DNA from: a virus
Length of the DNA: 64,000 nt
Virus record (IMG/VR): IMGVR_UViG_3300043772_003377
Location: 32,001-96,000 of that record
Reading direction: 5' to 3' (one strand)
The notes beneath the pieces were generated by a model. It was given only the letters and a program-made list of their open reading frames with translations, had not been told where the DNA came from and did no database searches. Numbering within the stretch: position 1 is the first letter of the stretch; the number at the start of each line of letters is the position of its first letter. This document shows, piece after piece, positions 7,612 to 15,511 of the stretch. Position numbers and translations under genes: made by a program.

Positions 7612-8871
7612 ATGAATAAAAATTTAATTATTGAAGAACTTAATAGAGTTAGGTTGTTAATGAATTATGATACAAAAAAAACTTTATCAGAAAATAAAGA
7701 TAAATATTTTTTTGGTGATATTTTAAATGAGGGAACTGGTAACGAAATGATTGAATTGTTATTTAAAGACATTGCAAAAACTGAGGGTTCTGCGGGTTTA
7801 AGAAGTGCGATTGAGTCGGCAATTAAAGATTTTGGAGGTATTAATATTAAGAGTGATAGAAACATTTTTACATTATCTAAAGATGTCGATGAAATTGTTA
7901 AAGCTATGGAAACTGGAGCAATTGCTTCTGCGACTGAAGCTGGTAAGTTAGCCAAATCACTATTTAAAAATGGGGGTAGTATTGAAGTGAAAACCGCCGG
8001 AGCCGACGCAATTGTCGGTATGACATCATTCACAAAAAAATATGTGGGAATGACTAAAGAGGAGATGATTGAGGCTTTAAGTGCTAAATACTCTAAATCT
8101 GAAGCCGAGACTTTATATAATAGATTTCAGCGTAAAAATAAAATACCTGAACCTGTTAAACCTGAACCCGTTAAACCTGAACCTGCCAAAGTTGAGCCTG
8201 TTGATCCTGTAACTTGGAAGACTAAATTAAAAAAATATTTAAAATATGGGTTAATATCGGGAGGTTTATTGCTTTTGTGGCAATGGTTAACATCTGATAG
8301 TAGTCCTTATCCTGATTGTATTAAAGACAAACTAACTGAAGAAGATGCTAAGAAGGTTGGTGATATGGGTCAGGAAGGTTTAATTATTATCACAAAAACT
8401 AATAATCCTGAAATTGATGCCGATGGCGGAGGTATTTTTTATGAGAACGGTACTTTCCAAAGTGCTGGGGGTAAAATTAAAGGTAAATGGTCTGGGGAAG
8501 ATGAAATATTGGTAACATCAGCTGACGGTAAAACTTATAATATATCTTGTGGTAAAGGTGATGAAGATGTTGTAACAACTACCACAACTATTAGTGGAGG
8601 AAAATGGAGAAAATGTAGTGGGACTTATAGTAGAGGATGTTATGAAACTGAACAAGACGGACCTATACATCAAGTTCAAACTTGTATAGGTACAACGTCT
8701 GATGGTAAATTTGGTCCTAAAACCGAGGCGGCTTTAAAACAAAAAACAGGAAAAACATCTTTTACTGATGCGGATATTGAGAAAATTTGTGGCGGTGCTC
8801 AAGAGGATGAAAAAGGTGATGATTGGAAAAATATAGAGCCTGAAACAGGGGATGATAGTGCGGAGGGTTAA
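7612..8871 (+). CDS. Leader-bearing protein with a transmembrane helix and a C-terminal peptidoglycan-binding-like motif
   Basis: Leader MNKNLIIEELNRVRLLMNYDTKKTLSEN; PEPVK linker repeats; TM segment YGLISGGLLLLWQWL; VQTCIGTTSDGKFGPKTEAAL. Confidence 0.6.
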   Translation: MNKNLIIEELNRVRLLMNYDTKKTLSENKDKYFFGDILNEGTGNEMIELLFKDIAKTEGSAGLRSAIESAIKDFGGINIKSDRNIFTLSKDVDEIVKAMETGAIASATEAGKLAKSLFKNGGSIEVKTAGADAIVGMTSFTKKYVGMTKEEMIEALSAKYSKSEAETLYNRFQRKNKIPEPVKPEPVKPEPAKVEPVDPVTWKTKLKKYLKYGLISGGLLLLWQWLTSDSSPYPDCIKDKLTEEDAKKVGDMGQEGLIIITKTNNPEIDADGGGIFYENGTFQSAGGKIKGKWSGEDEILVTSADGKTYNISCGKGDEDVVTTTTTISGGKWRKCSGTYSRGCYETEQDGPIHQVQTCIGTTSDGKFGPKTEAALKQKTGKTSFTDADIEKICGGAQEDEKGDDWKNIEPETGDDSAEG

Positions 8872-8912
8872 ATATATTAAAAATAATAATTAAATGGTAG
8901 AATTAAAATATT

Positions 8913-9971
8913 ATGAAAAAAATAATTAAAGAGCAGAATGAACATAGTATAGATCTAGTTAAAGGTAGGGATATGTATAAATGTCCTTTCTTAATTGGTG
9001 CCGAATTAGGAGATAGTCAAAAATTTGGTAAAGGTGTTATGAGAAGAATCGCGAACAGTGATAGTCCTAAGAAAAATTATTTAGTTGGTGACACTTTAAT
9101 TATAAAGTCAAACTATACTTATGATGTTATAAGAAACAATTCGTATGTTAAACAAGGACTTCCTTGGAAATGTTCTACTATGGGAACGATTGAGGTTAAA
9201 CCTCAATTATCCGCAGACCAACAAAGAAGTGTTGACGATAAGATTAGTTTTTATAAATCTGAAGACGGCCAACCTTTATATCAAAAAGAAACTCCTACTG
9301 CGGATCAAATGAATGACTTTGAAAAAATTAATTTAAAAGATGACCCAAATTTTAAAGAATTAATAAAGTTCGATTATTTTATTTGGAAAAGAAAAGGTTT
9401 AAGACAAACTGAAGGTCCCCAACAAAGGGCAATTATTAAAACTTTTACAGATCAAGGTTATCTTGATAAGGGAGGTAAAATAAATCCTGCTGAGGAAGAT
9501 ATGTACGAAGTTATTGACCTTAGCACCGTATATCCTACAGAATTTACTAAACCTTATAAAGTATATAGAAAATTAGAATCTGCGGATACTAATAAAATAG
9601 TAAAAGAACTTGATTCTTTAGTAAGACAAAGAAATTATGGAGATAGAGAATTTTGTAGAAATTTTATTAGAAACTATGATAATGCGAGAAAATTAAAAGC
9701 ACCTGTAAGTGGTCCTCAAATATTAAAATGGAAATCAGGTGTTAAAATGTGTAAACAAAAAAATACAAATTTCTTAGATTTAAATATAACTAACAGAATT
9801 CTAAAAAAATTAGAGACCGATACCGGAAAATATGGTATTTCAGATAACGCGACTCCAGCAAACCAACAATCTATGAACGAATCTTTTTATAATTCAAATA
9901 AAATTTTAAAATCAAGAATCCATAATATGTTACTGGAGACTTATTATAAAAAAAAATATAACAAAAAATGA
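8913..9971 (+). CDS. Hypothetical protein of the leader family
   Basis: Starts MKKIIKEQ; C-terminal SMNES...MLLET; two internal similar units (Y/GYxxxxP...YExIDL). Confidence 0.6.
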   Translation: MKKIIKEQNEHSIDLVKGRDMYKCPFLIGAELGDSQKFGKGVMRRIANSDSPKKNYLVGDTLIIKSNYTYDVIRNNSYVKQGLPWKCSTMGTIEVKPQLSADQQRSVDDKISFYKSEDGQPLYQKETPTADQMNDFEKINLKDDPNFKELIKFDYFIWKRKGLRQTEGPQQRAIIKTFTDQGYLDKGGKINPAEEDMYEVIDLSTVYPTEFTKPYKVYRKLESADTNKIVKELDSLVRQRNYGDREFCRNFIRNYDNARKLKAPVSGPQILKWKSGVKMCKQKNTNFLDLNITNRILKKLETDTGKYGISDNATPANQQSMNESFYNSNKILKSRIHNMLLETYYKKKYNKK

Positions 9972-11110
9972 AAAATTTATTTATAATAAACGAAGATGAG
10001 AGAAAAAGAATTTTAGGTCTTCACGAAAATGCAACTAAAAAACAATATTTAGGTGAAGCCAAAATAACTGGTGACCAATATAGCGGAAGAAATATTAAAT
10101 TTGATTCTGAAGATCCGATCACCCAAAGTATTTTTAATCTTGTTCACAATGTATCTGATATTGATGAGACTAAATTAGTTAAGGAAATTCTTAAAATAAA
10201 AGACAAAAATACATTTGTTAAAATTAATAACGAATTAAAGAATGTTTTTAAAATGATGGGGTCTAAATATACTGGTTTGGATAGTGTAATTGCAGATGCG
10301 ATGGATTATGATTACGACCAATATGATACGTATAAAGTATTAGAACCTCACCTAAAAAAAATAGGAATTAATACAGATAGATTGGGGTATGACGACTACG
10401 TTTTCAAAAATCTACCAACTAATACAAGTATGGCGGCAAATCCTGACCAAAATAAAAAAACAGATACTTTAACACCGGCTCAAAGAGAAATGAGTTTCGC
10501 AAGTAAATATGGTCAAACCTATCCTTGTGTTGTTGGTGGTACTAAATTAAAATACACTAAAAATGATGGAGGTTTTTATTATAAACTTGGTGATGTTGCG
10601 TATTATATAAATGGTGAGTATAAAAACCTTACAACAGGATCCAAAGGAACTTTTAAATGTAATGGTAAACAAATTTCATTGGATGGTAAAACAACCGCAA
10701 ATCCTGATGTAACTCCAAAACAAAGAGTTGTGCCAACAACTAGCGACGAATTATTACAAGGTAAAGGGTATTTAAAATTAAATGATAAAAATGATTTGGT
10801 AAAACTAGTTCAAAATCAATTAATAAGTGCTGGAGAAACCGTTACACCATCAGGAATTTTTGACAAGACCACATATGATGCGGTTAAATCATTCCAAAGT
10901 AAACAAACCCCACCATTAAAGACCGATGGAATTGTAGGTAAAGGTACTTGGTTAATATTATCTAAAGTAAAGTCAGAAATGATGACACCTAAAGAAGTTA
11001 CATTAACTAATCCACAACAAAATAGTTCCACAACAAACGATAAATCGGTAACAAGTAATTCAACACAACCAACACCTACAAGTAATCAACCTGATGAAGC
11101 CGAAGGATAA
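9968..11110 (+). CDS. Leader-bearing protein with a PG_binding_1 peptidoglycan-binding domain
   Basis: Leader MKNLFIINEDERKRILGLHE...YLGEA; LKLNDKNDLVKLVQNQL...SGIFDKTTYDAVKSFQ...LKTDGIVGKGTW is a canonical PG-binding domain. Confidence 0.75.
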   Translation: MKNLFIINEDERKRILGLHENATKKQYLGEAKITGDQYSGRNIKFDSEDPITQSIFNLVHNVSDIDETKLVKEILKIKDKNTFVKINNELKNVFKMMGSKYTGLDSVIADAMDYDYDQYDTYKVLEPHLKKIGINTDRLGYDDYVFKNLPTNTSMAANPDQNKKTDTLTPAQREMSFASKYGQTYPCVVGGTKLKYTKNDGGFYYKLGDVAYYINGEYKNLTTGSKGTFKCNGKQISLDGKTTANPDVTPKQRVVPTTSDELLQGKGYLKLNDKNDLVKLVQNQLISAGETVTPSGIFDKTTYDAVKSFQSKQTPPLKTDGIVGKGTWLILSKVKSEMMTPKEVTLTNPQQNSSTTNDKSVTSNSTQPTPTSNQPDEAEG

Positions 11111-11111
11111 T

Positions 11112-11324
11112 TTATTTTTCTTTAGATAAGACCCTTATAGATTTAGAAATAATTTCTGTCTCCCCAATTGAAAACGCGCCTGAATGATAGGCGTGTTTTA
11201 CTGCTTGTATAAGTATGTATTTTGAAAACTCTTCATTCATATTATTATATAATGTATCAAAATGGTCTTCACTTAATAAGGGTATTGAATTAAATAACTT
11301 TCCGTAAACTTTTTCTTCTTCCAT
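11112..11324 (-). CDS. Hypothetical protein
   Basis: 70-aa ORF filling the gap between two plus-strand genes. Confidence 0.65.
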   Translation of the reverse strand: MEEEKVYGKLFNSIPLLSEDHFDTLYNNMNEEFSKYILIQAVKHAYHSGAFSIGETEIISKSIRVLSKEK

Positions 11325-11370
11325 TTTATATAGTTTGTTATATTTATAATAATAAGAACTTTTTATTTAA

Positions 11371-12150
11371 ATGTTAAGAGATTTAATAAAACAAATATTG
11401 AGAGAAGCGACATCTGATAGTACAGGTGCGAGAGGATCGTATGTACTTCCATTACAACCTGGTTTAAGAAAATTTAAAAAAAATGAATTAAAACCTTTTA
11501 CCGAAGAATTATCTGAAATAGATAACGCCGAAAAATATTGGGATAGTTTGGATGGTGATTTAACTAAAACAAAAAATAAAAGATTATCTGAAACCGATAT
11601 TGATAGAATAGTTAAAAATATTTTAGAATCGGATTCTTCCGTGTCTGCCGGTGAATATAGTGGTCCTATAGAGTTAGGTATAAAAAAGTGGTCTAAAAGT
11701 GAATTAGGACCTTTTTATGAGTTTGTTGATACAGAACACAATCATAAGAAGGTTAAGAGTACCACTAAGAATAATATAGAAAGAGAAGTGGGAATGTGGG
11801 AAAAAGGTAAAGATGGTACTTATGATATTGATACCCACCCTGTTCATACCATAAAAGAAGATTTAGCCGTTTGGTTTGGTACTAAAAAGAAACCTAAAGG
11901 TAGTTCACAACCTAAAGGTCCTTGGGTTAATATATGTAAAAAGGTTGATGGTAAACATCCACCTTGTGGTAGACCTGAAGCAACTGATAAAGCGTATCCT
12001 AAATGTAGGGCAGCTGGTGTGGCAGGTAAAATGTCAGATTCTCAAAAGAGAGCGGCGTGTAATCAAAAAAGAAGGGCTGAAAAATCAAACCCTAAACCTG
12101 GTACAGGAAACAAACCTAAAATGGTAAGTTACAAACCTAGAAAGAAATAA
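11371..12150 (+). CDS. Leader-bearing protein with a basic Cys-containing C-terminal domain
   Basis: MLRDLIKQILREA; duplicated S-S-GxYxxPxxxGxxK unit; C-terminal WF...WVNIC...PCGR...YPKCR module of a type I recall from large phages. Confidence 0.65.
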   Translation: MLRDLIKQILREATSDSTGARGSYVLPLQPGLRKFKKNELKPFTEELSEIDNAEKYWDSLDGDLTKTKNKRLSETDIDRIVKNILESDSSVSAGEYSGPIELGIKKWSKSELGPFYEFVDTEHNHKKVKSTTKNNIEREVGMWEKGKDGTYDIDTHPVHTIKEDLAVWFGTKKKPKGSSQPKGPWVNICKKVDGKHPPCGRPEATDKAYPKCRAAGVAGKMSDSQKRAACNQKRRAEKSNPKPGTGNKPKMVSYKPRKK

Positions 12151-12414
12151 TTATAAACTATCTTTCTTTGTTTCCTCTACTCTAACTTCTTCTTTTACTT
12201 CAGTTTTTTTTGGTTTTTTTTCATTAACACGAATTGTGTCATAAAAAATTTTTTTAACTTTAACGGTATCATATACCACTTTTTTATCAACACTGGTGTA
12301 ATCTTTATCTTTTTTAGGGCCTATTATACTGAGTGTCGACATTAAAATTATAAGCAAAATAGGTGTACCAATTAATGTTAATCCTGTTAAGAATATCTTA
12401 TCAAATTTGTTCAT
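12151..12414 (-). CDS. Small membrane-anchored protein
   Basis: N-terminal TM helix followed by YDTV/YDTI repeats typical of Bacteroidetes-associated proteins. Confidence 0.65.
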   Translation of the reverse strand: MNKFDKIFLTGLTLIGTPILLIILMSTLSIIGPKKDKDYTSVDKKVVYDTVKVKKIFYDTIRVNEKKPKKTEVKEEVRVEETKKDSL

Positions 12415-12814
12415 TTGTGATGTTTTTAAAAATGTTACTTAATGAATGTTTTACGTTAGACCTGATTTCGTCTTCCATTTTCTTTCTACGAGTTTCTACC
12501 TCATTATCAAATGAATTGTATAACCTATCACTTGTTTTAGGTGTTAGTTCGATTGTATAACTATAATTGTGATTTACGATGGTGATGACTCTTTTATCCA
12601 TAATAATAAAGATTTGGTCATCATAACTCTTAATATACCTTTTTCCTGAGATTGGGGAAATTAGTAATTTTGTGGATTCCTTGTTAATCAGGTTCTTACA
12701 AATGCCGATACATTCATACTCATACTCTGATTTAACATACTCTTCTTTGGGGGTTGTTTTTTTTATGAAGGTAATCCCTACTTTTTGGAAGAACCTCTTT
12801 ATTTTGTGTTTCAT
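12401..12814 (-). CDS. Hypothetical protein
   Basis: The ATG at 12814 lies 4 nt after TATCTTTG. Confidence 0.7.
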   Translation of the reverse strand: MKHKIKRFFQKVGITFIKKTTPKEEYVKSEYEYECIGICKNLINKESTKLLISPISGKRYIKSYDDQIFIIMDKRVITIVNHNYSYTIELTPKTSDRLYNSFDNEVETRRKKMEDEIRSNVKHSLSNIFKNITNEQI

Positions 12815-12818
12815 AATA

Positions 12819-12826
12819 CAAAGATA
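12819..12826 (-). promoter_or_regulatory. Bacteroidetes-type -7 promoter element
   Basis: TATCTTTG on the minus strand, 4 nt before the ATG. Confidence 0.7.
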
Positions 12827-12860
12827 CAACTTTTTTTAGAAACTACAAAAAAAAATTAAA

Positions 12861-13340
12861 TTATTTTTTCTTCCATTTACCACCCTTTTCTTTATATCTT
12901 TTTGCGGCGGCACCATTACAATAAGCGCTTGGACATACTTTGTATCTTGATTTAGCCCAAGATAAGCATTGAGACCATAATTTCGGGTTTGTTGGTACAT
13001 TTTTTTTCTTTTTACCTTCTTCCATCATTTCGGGTTCAGAAGGAACCATAACCTCATCTTCCATTTTATGATAACGTTTTGTTTCATTCATAATGAAGTC
13101 AAAAACTTGGTCAAGGTTATTTTTGGATTCTGCTATGTGATCTTGAGCCCAATCGTGACCATTTTCCAATAACTCAGTAACTTCATTTTTATCCAAATTT
13201 AATAACAATTCACATTGTCTTTTCATTTGTTCTAAATTTGAAAAGAACATATATCGAGATGAATCATCATCGTGAGTCTCATTTAGAACTCTTTGAACTA
13301 TCTTAGTTAAGTCCGATTCTTTTAGTTTAATGACTCTCAT
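12861..13340 (-). CDS. Leader-bearing protein with a basic C-terminal module (DUF5872-like)
   Basis: MRVIKLKESDLTKIVQRVLNE; C-terminal PTNPKLW...PSAYCNGAAAKRYKEKGGKWK. Confidence 0.65.
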   Translation of the reverse strand: MRVIKLKESDLTKIVQRVLNETHDDDSSRYMFFSNLEQMKRQCELLLNLDKNEVTELLENGHDWAQDHIAESKNNLDQVFDFIMNETKRYHKMEDEVMVPSEPEMMEEGKKKKNVPTNPKLWSQCLSWAKSRYKVCPSAYCNGAAAKRYKEKGGKWKKK

Positions 13341-13642
13341 TATTCTTCGTCTTTTAACATAGTTGTATCCAACATATTTAAATCCAATAAACGTTTGGTT
13401 AAAGTTTTTCTACCTAACTTTCTTAAATATCTAATAACAATAGGAGGAACATCGTCAGAGTACTTTCCAAATAAAGTCGCAATTTCATCTTCTTTTGGTG
13501 TGGATTCATAATCCGCTCTTGATCTTGATGATCTAATACCTCTAGGACCTTTTTCATAAGGAGTCTCGTCTTCACTTTCTTTGATTACTCTTTTTACGAT
13601 TTGTTCTAAATCTGATTCAGTAAGTTTAACAATTTTTTTCAT
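13340..13642 (-). CDS. Leader-bearing hypothetical protein
   Basis: MKKIVKLTESDLEQIVKRVIKE leader. Confidence 0.7.
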   Translation of the reverse strand: MKKIVKLTESDLEQIVKRVIKESEDETPYEKGPRGIRSSRSRADYESTPKEDEIATLFGKYSDDVPPIVIRYLRKLGRKTLTKRLLDLNMLDTTMLKDEE

Positions 13643-13643
13643 A

Positions 13644-14030
13644 TTAATTTAATGTTTGTTTTGATAACGTTTCTATTTTATTTATCTCATCGGCATATTT
13701 TTTAAAATGATTGGTTGCCAAATCAATATGACTAACTAATTCATCTTTTTTATCTTGAGGCATTTTAGATGAATTTATATTATTTTTTAATGAATCTAAA
13801 TCAATCATTATTTTATGATTTGGCTCATCTAATTTTTTTAATTTAGACATTAATCTTTGTAAACTACTTAAATGTTTGAAGTAAGGAAATCCGTGACCTC
13901 TAAAAAATCCTTTAGCCCCTTGATACAAGTCTTTAACGTCTCCAAATAAATCTTCATTTAAGTTTGGATTATTAACTTCATTTACCAATTTTTGTAATTG
14001 TTTTTCCGTTATTTTAACTGAAGTCTTCAT
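13644..14030 (-). CDS. Leader-bearing hypothetical protein
   Basis: MKTSVKITEKQLQKLVNE...LNED; TATTTAT upstream (14035-14041). Confidence 0.7.
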   Translation of the reverse strand: MKTSVKITEKQLQKLVNEVNNPNLNEDLFGDVKDLYQGAKGFFRGHGFPYFKHLSSLQRLMSKLKKLDEPNHKIMIDLDSLKNNINSSKMPQDKKDELVSHIDLATNHFKKYADEINKIETLSKQTLN

Positions 14031-14048
14031 ATTAATAAATATATTATT

Positions 14049-14441
14049 TTAAGAGTTTAATCCGTTAGGACCTCCTAAAGTTATTGCGTTTAATTGAGTT
14101 ATAGGTTTTCCGTATCCGTCAGTCCAAACAGGATGAGGAGGAACTATTTCGGTGAAAGTTCCGGTAGTACAAGTCTCAACACATACTATGGTTTCGGTAT
14201 TTGCACTTTTTGGTAGGTTAATTAAACAATTAAAACAAACATCAAAAGATTCTGATAATGTTATTGATGAATAACTTCCAGAGTCTCCGGTTAAAATTGT
14301 GAAACAAGATGTAATAGGAATCCCTCCATCGGTAATCTCTAATTGGTAAACACCATTAATTGTTAGAGAATCATCAACAATTGTTGATGAGGAATATTCA
14401 AAATTAGTATCACAATCTTTATAAATGTAGTAAGATGCCAT
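14049..14441 (-). CDS. Small Cys/Thr-rich putative virion protein
   Basis: C-terminal PPHPVWTDGYG...AITLGGPNGLNS is shared with the 18457-18696 product. Confidence 0.6.
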   Translation of the reverse strand: MASYYIYKDCDTNFEYSSSTIVDDSLTINGVYQLEITDGGIPITSCFTILTGDSGSYSSITLSESFDVCFNCLINLPKSANTETIVCVETCTTGTFTEIVPPHPVWTDGYGKPITQLNAITLGGPNGLNS

Positions 14442-14501
14442 AGTTTTTTATATTATAAATATCTAATTTATTTGTAATTTTATTTTAAATTATTTATATT
14501 T

Positions 14502-15509
14502 TTATTCGCCTACCCATCTTGCTTGGAACCAAGACCTTGACGCGAATTGACTTCTTGAATTTGATGCTCCACCAACATTTACAATGTTTATGAAATCAGT
14601 TGATCCGTTTAGATATACAATTTTTGTTATTGTTTGAGCCACCGAGTTAAAAGAACCCGCGGCAGCAACAATTACATTATTTTTCTTAATTCCCATACTC
14701 GCTTCAGTATTTCTATAAACATCATACGACGCAGTAATTTCCCAATAACCTACCTTTTGCGGTGTAAATGTATAATTAGATGTATTAAACCAACTACTTG
14801 ATACATTAACCGAATTACTTACAATACTATATCTACAAGGATCTTCAGTAAATGAACCCGGTAAGTTATAAGTTATATCCTCAGTTGTTGCTTCAAGTAA
14901 ATAAAGAGTTGGTACAAGATTTGTGGATACACTATTCCCTAAAGTAGTCAAATCAAAATACCCACCTCTAGCATTACCACCCTGCTCAAAGATTCTTAAT
15001 CTATTTTGATAAACATCAATTGTTATACCATCACCCGAAAGTGACGTGTTGGTTGCCGCTTTCCCTAATAAAATCTCACCTCCTTCATCCCCTGATTGAA
15101 ACAAAAGACTTAATTTAGCGCCATCAAAAGTAATAAGTGATTCTGCGTTTAATTCGCCAACGTTTCCTGTTGCCGTAATTATTCTGTTGTTTACATTATT
15201 TAATATAGTCACTCCAGAATCAGTCCCACCTGTATAAGCGGTTGTTTGTATGGTGTCATCAGGAAAAGTTAGACCTGTCGAAGAAAAACTCCAGGCAGTT
15301 CCGATTCCATAGGAGAAGTTAATGTCAACATCTGTTTCGTTTGCAACAACGGCAGTTCCAGGTGCCGTTGGCCCACTACTTATAGAAGTTGGGATTGGTA
15401 AATTTGAATAAGTGTTAGCAGAAATTGTATCTGTAATAATTGTTGTTGAATTTATTTCAGATATTGTTTGTCCTGATAAATTATTTACTATGTATTTTGT
15501 TATTGACAT
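14502..15509 (-). CDS. Putative fibre/adhesin with a C1q/TNF-like C-terminal domain
   Basis: Thr/Ser/Gly-rich; GLTFPDDTIQTTA fibre motif; C-terminal FNTSNYTFTPQKVGYWEITAS...VYLNGSTDFI. Confidence 0.6.
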   Translation of the reverse strand: MSITKYIVNNLSGQTISEINSTTIITDTISANTYSNLPIPTSISSGPTAPGTAVVANETDVDINFSYGIGTAWSFSSTGLTFPDDTIQTTAYTGGTDSGVTILNNVNNRIITATGNVGELNAESLITFDGAKLSLLFQSGDEGGEILLGKAATNTSLSGDGITIDVYQNRLRIFEQGGNARGGYFDLTTLGNSVSTNLVPTLYLLEATTEDITYNLPGSFTEDPCRYSIVSNSVNVSSSWFNTSNYTFTPQKVGYWEITASYDVYRNTEASMGIKKNNVIVAAAGSFNSVAQTITKIVYLNGSTDFINIVNVGGASNSRSQFASRSWFQARWVGE

Positions 15510-15511
15510 TT

